From a virus (Duplodnaviria; Caudoviricetes), in IMG/VR virus record IMGVR_UViG_2881966637_000004, positions 1-64,000 of that record: a stretch of DNA of 64,000 nucleotides; one strand, 5' to 3'. Positions 30,301 through 37,408 of this stretch are shown piece by piece. The position numbers and the translations under genes are program-made. The notes beneath the pieces are model-generated. The model ran no database searches. It saw nothing but the letters and a program-made list of their open reading frames with translations, and was not told where the DNA came from. Position 1 is the stretch's first letter. Each line of letters opens with the position of its first letter.

Positions 30301-33300
30301 TCCGCAAGGGCGATGTGCTTTCTGCCTTGCAGGTGCTCGATCTGCAGGCGCAGATGAGTGCGCTGCCGGGGCCGGTGGTTGGTCAGGCCATCGAAGAAGC
30401 CATCGCCGACACCCAGGCCGAAGCCGCCGAGTCGGCCACCGACCCCGACGCGCTGACGCCCGTAGGCCAGCAGCGCATGAACCAGGCTGTCGCCCTGTTC
30501 GACGCGGTCTATTCGTCGGATACGGTAGCGCAGATCGTGCAGGCGCAGGGTGAAGGCTTTACCGCCGATGAGATCGGCGCGGCCAGCTCGGTCGTGCAGT
30601 CGGTAGCGGCTCAGCTCGAAGCCATGCGCCCAGGCGACGGCCTGATCGCATCCGACGCCGAGGTGCTGGGTCGCTATATTGACGAAAATATACCCGGCTT
30701 GTACCAGGTAAACGAAGTGCTTACCACGCTTTATGAATTAGCCCAAACCAACAATGGAGAGTCCACAACCCCGGCCGGAAACCCCGCCGACAATACAGAC
30801 CAGCCCGGTGCAGTGGCAGAACCCGGCCAGGGCCAAAGCGATCCGCTCCCTGCCGATGCAGGCGTTGCTGTTCAACCTGAACCGGCAGCTGCACCGCCTG
30901 CCGCCGACCCAACGCCAGCAGGTGCTGAGCCGGCTGTCGCAGTCGCTGGCAACGATCAGCCCGATGGTAGCGTTGCGGACGGAGCAGTTGCAGAACCAGG
31001 TGCGCCAGCAAATCCAGACGGCGGTACGGCTCCCGTTGGGAATCCGGACGCGCTGAACCAGCCCGTCTCCGACAGCGACTACCGCGCCTTCCGGCAAGAC
31101 CCGTCGGGTTTCCTGCTCACGCCCGAACTGGCGCAGGGCATCGCCGACCGCATCCGCGAAGGCCGCTCCGACACCCGCGATCAGGTGATCTACCAGAACC
31201 GCCGGGCCGAGATTGACCCCCTCATCGCCCGTGGCCGGGGGCTGACGACGACTCCGGCTACTCCCCCGTCCGGCATGGCTGACATCAACCTGGACGGCAT
31301 GGACGCTACCGATCTCGAACTGGCCGCTGCCGAAAGCGGACGAGCAGCCACGCCCCTGTCCGTGAGGTCTTCGACCGTGGAAGCTGCGGTGGGCATGGAT
31401 GTGCAGGTGGGCCGCACCAACCCCTTCGAGGCCAAGATCATTGGCTTCACCGAAGACGGGCAGGTGGTGGTGAACCGCGACCGACTGGGTAAGAAAGGTA
31501 AGTTCACCTACCCCCTCGACGCCGTGCGGGACGGGCGGGGCGTTCGCTCCCTGACGCTGCCGGCCAACATCCACGAAGCCAACGCAGCCGCCGTGGCCGC
31601 TCCATCTACCCCCTCGGTGGGTGAACCCGTCGCGGCCCAAAACGTTGCCGTCGAAGGCTACTACAAAAACTATACGCTGCCGGGAGCCGGCAAGAAAGGT
31701 TACCTCGTCCGCGTGGCGGCCCTGAACACCACCGCCGACGGCAAGGTCATTGCCGACGTGTACGTCGTGGCTACCAAAGAACGCCGGTCGATCCTGGCCA
31801 GCAAGCTCATGGAAGCCAGCGAGGCCGAGCAGAACCAGGCGAAGGCACTGGTGGACAAAGCCATTCCCAAGCGGCTGCCGACGATCCGGGAGCAGCGGGT
31901 GCCCGACGGACGAACGCTGACATCTGACCCCATCGGCCGGGCCCGGCTTGAAGCGATGGCCAGCCGGCTCGGCAACGCCTTTCCGAGGGTGCGGGTCGAG
32001 ATACTGTCCAACGAGGCCATGACCGAAGGCTTCGGCGAGGGGTTACTGGGCAGCGTTCGGGACGGGGTCGTCTACCTCAACGCCGACTACGCCACCGCCG
32101 ACGCGCCCATCCACGAATTTGGCCACGTCTACACCACCCTGGCCAAAGCCGAGATGCCCGACCTCTACCAGTCGGGTCTGGACCTGGTGCGGGGCAGCGA
32201 GTACGAAAGCCGGGTGCGGGATACCTACGCCGGCCGGGGGCTCAGCGATGAGCAGCTACTCGAAGAAGCCCTGGTTACCGCCATCGGCGAACGCGGGGCC
32301 GCCATGACCCGGCCCACTATCGCTAAGCGGTTCGCCACCTGGCTGCGGGTGATGATGAAGCGGATCGGCGCGAAGCTGGGCCTGACCCTTTCGCCCGAGA
32401 CGACCCTGGACGCCTTCGCCGACGCCCGTGCCGAAGAACTCCTCGCCGGACTACCCCTCTCGCTGGCGACCAGTGAGCAGATCGGCGACCTGTCGGCGCA
32501 GCTGGACATGGCCCCCGACCGGGCCCGGCTGCACACGGGCCCACTGCCGGCGGTGATCGACAACAACTGGCTGGCCCAGCACACACTCAGTAAAGACCAG
32601 CAGGATCAGCTGCTGCAGTACGGCTGGGCGTCGCCCGACCCCGATACCGGGGAGATGGTGCGCGTCGCGCCCGACCTGGCCGCCCAGCAGGCCGACGTGG
32701 ATACGGCCCGCCAACTCTACAAAGGCAAGCTGTATGCCGCCCTGCGCACCGCAGCCTACACGATGGACATCCGCAACCTCGCCCGGCTGGTGTACGGCGA
32801 GGGTAGCAAAACGGCCAAGAACCTGATCGGCCTGCTGGATGCGTCGCGCAACCGCACGGCGGGTCTGCAGGTCATCAAGCACGACGCCCTCAACGCCCTC
32901 TACGAAACCGGCCGGGGGCTGACGACGCACCGCTCCCTGACGGCGGTAGAAGATGTGCCCCGATTCTCCACCACCGCCGTCGTCAACGGACAGGCGGGCA
33001 GTATCGACATTCCGGTGGACCGGGTGCTGACCATCGTGGCCCAGCACAAGACCATCATGGCCAACACCAACGGCGGCAGGAAACTGGTGAACGGGGTAGA
33101 GACGCGCATTACCCCACCCGTCTTCGAGATGATCTCGCCCGACGACGACACGCAGACGCTCAGCGTTGCGCTGAGTCTGGACGAGCTGCGCGACCTGGAA
33201 GCCCGCGTCGATGCCGACCCCACCCTGACGCAGATGCTGGACACCTGGCGGACGATGCGCGACGGCTTCGCCCCGGTGGTGGCCGACACCTACCAGACCT

Positions 33301-35024
33301 CGACGGGCGGCAGCCTGCGGCTCTACAACGAATACTTCCCCCTGCGCACCATCCGCGACGAGAAAGAAATCAACCGGCGCAGTGTCAGCCAGACCGTTGA
33401 GGATGTTGGTCTGCTGCAAAGCCGCACGGGTATTCCGTCCCGGCTGATCGTAGAGCCCTTTACGGCGGTGGTGGAACGCTACGCTAGGCAGGCCGAAAGC
33501 TACGTGCAGTACCAGCCGGTGTACGCCGAGATGGAGCGGCTGCACGTAGCCCAGGCCAACGGCTATACCGGCAACCAGAAAAACTACTGGAAGTCGGTAG
33601 GGCTCGGCGGTACGGGCGGGCCGGAGTCGGCCTGGCTGACGGCGATGGACCGGCTGGGCAAACCCCATGTCAGCCGCAACCAGTACGCGGTTTCTATAAT
33701 GGGACTGAGTGTGGGAAATCTAATGAAGAGAGCGACCATTAGTCGGTTTGCTACTAACTTTTCAGTAGGTCTCAAACAGACCACTGGCTATATTGCAGCC
33801 TTTGGATCAGGTTTCATTGACAGTAAATACTTATGGACCGAGATGCCCCACTACGGCAAGATGATCGGCGAGAGCTACGTACTCATCGGGCGGGGCGGCA
33901 AACCCGAGTGGTATAACGGCAGCCCGACCGACTTTGATCTGGCCGAGCAGGAGCTGCGTCAGGTCGCCCAGCTACCGGGCGGGGAAGCTGCCAACGTCCT
34001 GCTGTGGCGTCTGCTGGGCGAAGCCACGCCGGATGTTGACTTTGACACATGGCAACAGTATAGTCAAAATCCGACCCGAACCAAGCGGATTGGTCAGAAA
34101 ATGAGGGGCTTTATTGAAGAGTATGGATTGTCTGCCATTCAGCGGGCGGACAAGGCCGTCGTGGCCTCTTTTTACCGGGCGGCACTGGCCCAGGCGCAGG
34201 ACACCATGCCGACGGCTTCGCCCGAGGAGCATCGGCTGGACGCGGCCCGCCGGGCGGTGGGGGCTCTCTACTACTCCAACCAGACCTACGATCAGACCGA
34301 CCGGGCGGCCATCCAGATGATTGACAACCCGGTGGCTAGAATGATGAATATGTATCGGGGGCAGGCTGCCAAGATTTCCAACACCACTTACCAGCGTATT
34401 CTGGAAGCCGGCGCGGCTACCGACCCTACCCTCAAGGCGCAAGCCAGGGGTAGATTAGCCCTTCAACTGGGCTTGAACGCGGTCATTATTCCTGCCATTA
34501 CCGCAGCCATCAATGCGCTGGCAAAGTACGTCAGAAACTTATTGGCCGACGATGAAGAAAAGCGGAAAACAGAAACGGACGAATATTTCTGGGATGTGGC
34601 GTCACAGACGCTGTCCACGTACCTGCCGCCCATTGCCAATGAGCTTGTTGGTGGGGCAATTGCCACCCTGCAAGACAAGCCGTGGGCGGATGAGATGTTT
34701 ACGGAGACCGGCCTCAATGGCGTTGGTAAGTTCTTTTTCCATGCCGTGTCCCTGATTCGATTTGTGGGGCCGTTCGGTGAGTTTAAAAATGAAGCCGACT
34801 ACGAAAAGCAACTCAACAAAGAAATACAGAGTCTGCTCCGTTCGGGAGCGGAGGTGGGCGGCATTCCTCAAGAAGTTATTAGGCAGATTAATATTCAGAT
34901 CAACAACCAACTACCGCAGAAGGCGATAAGAAAAGAGCCGACTAGCTACACTGGGTTTGAAGTAATCAGTGGCGACGCCCCGACGGGTGGAGACCAGAAA
35001 CGCATTCGCTCATCTCCCTACTAA
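27387..35024 (+). CDS. Giant virion cargo / large polyvalent protein (2545 aa) with an HExxH domain
   Basis: VVYLNADYATADAPIHEFGHVY...LLEEALVTAIG (HEFGH at 32112-32126). Low-complexity P/A/D linker. Helical C-terminal NEYFP...ALYYSNQTY region typical of phage ejection proteins. Confidence 0.75.
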   Translation: MQPLPPSQYGKPAAAASPADSLSFGGDMPPVRSSPPAYKRNDPLVAGVAKAIEQNGLGTYDQVMNRWNNAVAKGPDYVDQFMPKLEELGRIAGTEINRAAFLPGGAERLAGPKTAPPSEPGLAATTRGVGKGLWNGLVSLAQGVVELPETVLGAERGIEAGMMAAGQVIRGDVPRTAEGFGQAFDAADQQIGQSSLGLGKSDAVLNRLRSVSEFINNGLEQVKFAVDPKTLLSYNDGVEWTGALDEGTGAALGEGLFTAISAMAPALGAARIGQLPKLIRAAELAGDLAEAGVLTARLRQTQMGLSTLSSTVSMVRPITEEARAAGLSPTETSLFAGLLAPVMGVMESRLGIEKNFFAGAGRSIRDSAIKAGLAELRAGVSEASLRQAAKSTTNALMRGIKAAPANILEGVIKEGVYEEGLQSAGEEFAKLIFNNTVGANAATGKGQFDQSMNSVLNNIIGSMSMGAAVGGFLNTFHNSGAMTPTLFGAIDQRIREGQGVEDVQQWLSPMLDGLDSQPNLSPQARQEIRQNAADLIDVAMRFSRLPNTTAFQRYQYYDITRNHIPEVSGRIMAAEAVANELPALQEQYAAAQGDDKIDIAARIAEINAALPEGYSDSERAKDDRRMRFLTDQVDGLLTGRQATAVSEGLGHIDRLDVGMLASGQGENGPVSGSIVDISADGQRVTISQPTEDGQPDVPVTLPAGKVVVRNEADMAPPSVSVANPRTVAEEPGFVTAEIKPLSAYQPGEFVRLSGIADPIRVDAVSSEDGQVPTITLAMPGEGGVTSQTYDMEQLLSDADNGFIGGYDPELALQQEANARREAQTNQLRARLEAKLSPTTVAAINALPDAALLGRRDGFKGRTVAADERPLRDYINFIADQRGLTAAPANETNPTSPSPTPDSPQPVSTAADPQSILENGPVAYDPENGIVLINGLPYTLPEGQVLADAFAYDKNGKLFGVKLVDSKGVERTIRKGDVLSALQVLDLQAQMSALPGPVVGQAIEEAIADTQAEAAESATDPDALTPVGQQRMNQAVALFDAVYSSDTVAQIVQAQGEGFTADEIGAASSVVQSVAAQLEAMRPGDGLIASDAEVLGRYIDENIPGLYQVNEVLTTLYELAQTNNGESTTPAGNPADNTDQPGAVAEPGQGQSDPLPADAGVAVQPEPAAAPPAADPTPAGAEPAVAVAGNDQPDGSVADGAVAEPGAPANPDGGTAPVGNPDALNQPVSDSDYRAFRQDPSGFLLTPELAQGIADRIREGRSDTRDQVIYQNRRAEIDPLIARGRGLTTTPATPPSGMADINLDGMDATDLELAAAESGRAATPLSVRSSTVEAAVGMDVQVGRTNPFEAKIIGFTEDGQVVVNRDRLGKKGKFTYPLDAVRDGRGVRSLTLPANIHEANAAAVAAPSTPSVGEPVAAQNVAVEGYYKNYTLPGAGKKGYLVRVAALNTTADGKVIADVYVVATKERRSILASKLMEASEAEQNQAKALVDKAIPKRLPTIREQRVPDGRTLTSDPIGRARLEAMASRLGNAFPRVRVEILSNEAMTEGFGEGLLGSVRDGVVYLNADYATADAPIHEFGHVYTTLAKAEMPDLYQSGLDLVRGSEYESRVRDTYAGRGLSDEQLLEEALVTAIGERGAAMTRPTIAKRFATWLRVMMKRIGAKLGLTLSPETTLDAFADARAEELLAGLPLSLATSEQIGDLSAQLDMAPDRARLHTGPLPAVIDNNWLAQHTLSKDQQDQLLQYGWASPDPDTGEMVRVAPDLAAQQADVDTARQLYKGKLYAALRTAAYTMDIRNLARLVYGEGSKTAKNLIGLLDASRNRTAGLQVIKHDALNALYETGRGLTTHRSLTAVEDVPRFSTTAVVNGQAGSIDIPVDRVLTIVAQHKTIMANTNGGRKLVNGVETRITPPVFEMISPDDDTQTLSVALSLDELRDLEARVDADPTLTQMLDTWRTMRDGFAPVVADTYQTSTGGSLRLYNEYFPLRTIRDEKEINRRSVSQTVEDVGLLQSRTGIPSRLIVEPFTAVVERYARQAESYVQYQPVYAEMERLHVAQANGYTGNQKNYWKSVGLGGTGGPESAWLTAMDRLGKPHVSRNQYAVSIMGLSVGNLMKRATISRFATNFSVGLKQTTGYIAAFGSGFIDSKYLWTEMPHYGKMIGESYVLIGRGGKPEWYNGSPTDFDLAEQELRQVAQLPGGEAANVLLWRLLGEATPDVDFDTWQQYSQNPTRTKRIGQKMRGFIEEYGLSAIQRADKAVVASFYRAALAQAQDTMPTASPEEHRLDAARRAVGALYYSNQTYDQTDRAAIQMIDNPVARMMNMYRGQAAKISNTTYQRILEAGAATDPTLKAQARGRLALQLGLNAVIIPAITAAINALAKYVRNLLADDEEKRKTETDEYFWDVASQTLSTYLPPIANELVGGAIATLQDKPWADEMFTETGLNGVGKFFFHAVSLIRFVGPFGEFKNEADYEKQLNKEIQSLLRSGAEVGGIPQEVIRQINIQINNQLPQKAIRKEPTSYTGFEVISGDAPTGGDQKRIRSSPY

Positions 35025-35086
35025 GGGTAGTATTCATAGCGGAGTGGCTTTTGGTGTGCGTTGCATCACTAAACGCCCCTTTACGT

Positions 35087-35458
35087 ATGTTGCAGGCTTG
35101 GTTTTTATTTGGAATCCTGTCCTTTTCGGTAGCAACGGCTTACCTATGGCAAGAGGGAGAGTTCAAAAAAATGAATCTATTTGATTTTTTTGACTACTCG
35201 TTTCCAGCAATTATGTACGGTCCAATTGGCTTTATTTATTTGCTGTATCAAATGCCAACGCCATACAACAAATACAAGAAGTATGGTGCAATGCTGGTAA
35301 TTGTTTCCTTTCTATTTATTTCGGTAACTGAGGGAACGAAGGAGTTTATCGGCTGCGTGTGTAAAGATGGATGGAGAAGTCCCTCCACGGGGCGAGGCAC
35401 TTGCTCTTGGCACGGAGGGATTGACTACTACGATTACAAGTACTGGTGGGATAAATAA
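35087..35458 (+). CDS. Membrane protein with DUF3761-like Cys/His C-terminal domain (moron)
   Basis: About three TM segments, then CVCKDGWRSPSTGRGTCSWHGGI. Low GC. Confidence 0.7.
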   Translation: MLQAWFLFGILSFSVATAYLWQEGEFKKMNLFDFFDYSFPAIMYGPIGFIYLLYQMPTPYNKYKKYGAMLVIVSFLFISVTEGTKEFIGCVCKDGWRSPSTGRGTCSWHGGIDYYDYKYWWDK

Positions 35459-35465
35459 GAGTCTT

Positions 35466-35879
35466 TTAGTCCTCAATGCGCTTCTCACGGTACTCAATGT
35501 ATAGATCACCACCCAGCGCATTGAATAGATCACCCAGCGTCTTCAACCCCAACTTGCGCCTACCCTGTTCAATGTTGCCAATGACGGGAGCCGGATAGCC
35601 GATGGCCTCCCCTAGTTCGGCCTGAGTCATACCTCGAAGCTTCCTAAGGGATGTGATCAGCTCCGGCATGGCGTCAGGTGTATTAGATAGCCGCAGCCCA
35701 CCACCCGGCAGCAACTCACCCGGTATGTTGATCTCCTCTACTTCAAAGGCCGGCGTATCTACATTGTCGTTACTGGCTTCGCTTGACCAGCCCGGCCCAC
35801 CCGACTGCATCCGGTCGGCTAAAGTGCTACCCTCGTCTATCGGGTCATCAATATCTTGTTCTTCGTTTGGCTCATTCAT
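35466..35879 (-). CDS. XRE/Cro-C1 family HTH transcriptional regulator with acidic N-terminus
   Basis: LRKLRGMTQAELGEAIGYPAPVIGNIEQGRRKLGLKTLGDLFNALG. Confidence 0.9.
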   Translation of the reverse strand: MNEPNEEQDIDDPIDEGSTLADRMQSGGPGWSSEASNDNVDTPAFEVEEINIPGELLPGGGLRLSNTPDAMPELITSLRKLRGMTQAELGEAIGYPAPVIGNIEQGRRKLGLKTLGDLFNALGGDLYIEYREKRIED

Positions 35880-35902
35880 ACGCTAGTACGTCTTTTCTGT
35901 AT

Positions 35903-36184
35903 CTAATCCCTCCTATCTTCTTGCATCCAGGCCAACAATTCCGATGATTTAAACGAAAGTCTATTGCCCCTTTTAAAGTGAGGTATTTTTCGTTGAGCTA
36001 CCAAAGCATAAACCCTAGCTCGGCTGAGCCTGGTAATCTCTGCTGCAGCCCGAATACCTATAATGTCGCTAACAGGACTAGGCGTGTTAGTCTGTTGGTA
36101 TTCTTGCATCGCTAACTTAACAGCCGCGTTGATTATTTTGGTTAAATCCTCCACTCTGAGTGGCGATAATAATATATCGTGCAT
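35903..36184 (-). CDS. Excisionase-family HTH_17 (MerR-like winged helix) protein
   Basis: IIGIRAAAEITRLSRARVYALVAQRKIPHFKRGNRLSFKSSELLAWM, the typical Bacteroidota Xis-like pattern. Confidence 0.9.
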   Translation of the reverse strand: MHDILLSPLRVEDLTKIINAAVKLAMQEYQQTNTPSPVSDIIGIRAAAEITRLSRARVYALVAQRKIPHFKRGNRLSFKSSELLAWMQEDRRD

Positions 36185-36290
36185 TGTTTTATTTTGTTTT
36201 GGTTGTCAACTAATATCAATTTAAATCAACTATCTACGCAACCATAATGATCGACTGGATAGTTCCCCGTTTGGCATTTGTTGAAAATCT

Positions 36291-36339
36291 TTTGACAGGG
36301 GGGCTGTCAACATAGCCGGGGCGCGGGCATCTAGTTTTG
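36291..36339 (+). promoter_or_regulatory. Putative late promoter: palindrome plus -7 box
   Basis: TTGACAG-GGGGG-CTGTCAA (36292-36310), then TAGTTTTG (36332-36339). Same arrangement as at 52929-52978. Confidence 0.7.
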
Positions 36340-36344
36340 CTTCC

Positions 36345-37220
36345 ATGCTCACGCCCCGGTTTTCCATCCTCAAGCGCAGCGGCTCCCAGGCAGGGATGAA
36401 GCTCAGCGACCTGACGGGCGACTACCACGCTACCAACAATCCCGGTGGCTGGTGGCCGCCGGCTCCGGCGGGTCAGTCGCTGCCGTCCAACCGACTCAAT
36501 CCCACCCGCGCCGAGTCCGCCGTCCTGCTGGTGGTTACCAACGCCCGGACGGGTGACGAGATCGGCCAATATGAGCTGCAGCGTGACCCCGCCGACTCCA
36601 CCCCAACCTACATCGTTCCCTTTGCCCCCACCGATGGCGTCTACATCTTTACGATGCTGGTCAAAGCCAAAGCGGGGCAGGCCCGGCCGCTGTATTCCTA
36701 CAGCCTGACGCGCCCCGCCCAGACGGGCATCACCCTCTGGGTGCGCAGCGACGGAGCCTGGATCAACACCGAGTCACTGGTCGTCAGCACCCCATCCGGC
36801 CGGCTGTGGCAACTCGACGCCACGCCCCAGATCATTACCGAGTGGCGCGAAATCAACGGGGCAGGTCAGATCGTAGCCAGTGCGCCGATCCTGGCCGAGC
36901 AGACCTTCGCCGATCCGACCGCCAGCATGACGGGTTCCGTCGAAGCGGTCGTGGGTCGAACCAGCCTCACCCAGCTCATCAGCCGGAGCCTGGAATTTAA
37001 GCTGGGCCATATCGCGGCCAGCCTCTCCTACGACAGCGCGAACCTGCCCCAGATCAACCAGCACCGTCAGACGATGACCAACCGATTTACCCTAGCTGAC
37101 CGGGGGCTGCTGGCCCTCGAAGCCGCCATCTCCCACCTGTCGGTATTCACGGCGGAGAAGGAGATGTTGCGGCTGCATCAGCTGGTGGACTCCATCAACC
37201 ACATCAGCCCGGCCACATGA
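36345..37220 (+). CDS. Virion structural protein (tail hub / fibre attachment-like)
   Basis: The DLTGDYHATNNPGGW motif is recalled from Bacteroidota phage structural proteins. First gene of the fibre operon. Confidence 0.55.
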   Translation: MLTPRFSILKRSGSQAGMKLSDLTGDYHATNNPGGWWPPAPAGQSLPSNRLNPTRAESAVLLVVTNARTGDEIGQYELQRDPADSTPTYIVPFAPTDGVYIFTMLVKAKAGQARPLYSYSLTRPAQTGITLWVRSDGAWINTESLVVSTPSGRLWQLDATPQIITEWREINGAGQIVASAPILAEQTFADPTASMTGSVEAVVGRTSLTQLISRSLEFKLGHIAASLSYDSANLPQINQHRQTMTNRFTLADRGLLALEAAISHLSVFTAEKEMLRLHQLVDSINHISPAT

Positions 37221-37408
37221 ACGATCTGCTTGCGGACGGGTCATGGCCCGCCATACTGGCCTACATCATTCAGGAAGGCCGGCAAACTAAAGACCTGGAT
37301 GTCGTCGTCGCCTACTCGGCCCGACGCTACCAGACCCCGTATCAACAGGCCGAGGCACTAGCCTGGGCGCAACAAAAAACTGGTTATGGCCTGCAACTGC
37401 TCCGATAA
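37217..37408 (+). CDS. Hypothetical protein, 63 aa
   Basis: ATGA overlap with the upstream gene. Confidence 0.55.
   Translation: MNDLLADGSWPAILAYIIQEGRQTKDLDVVVAYSARRYQTPYQQAEALAWAQQKTGYGLQLLR

Noticed and set aside
34032-34046. DVDFD (DxDxD) in the 2545-aa protein as an RNA polymerase active site
   Set aside because: The context TPDVDFDTWQQY lacks the preceding G/A-D-F-D-x-D pattern and lies in a helical C-terminal, low-GC patch. No supporting polymerase motifs were seen.
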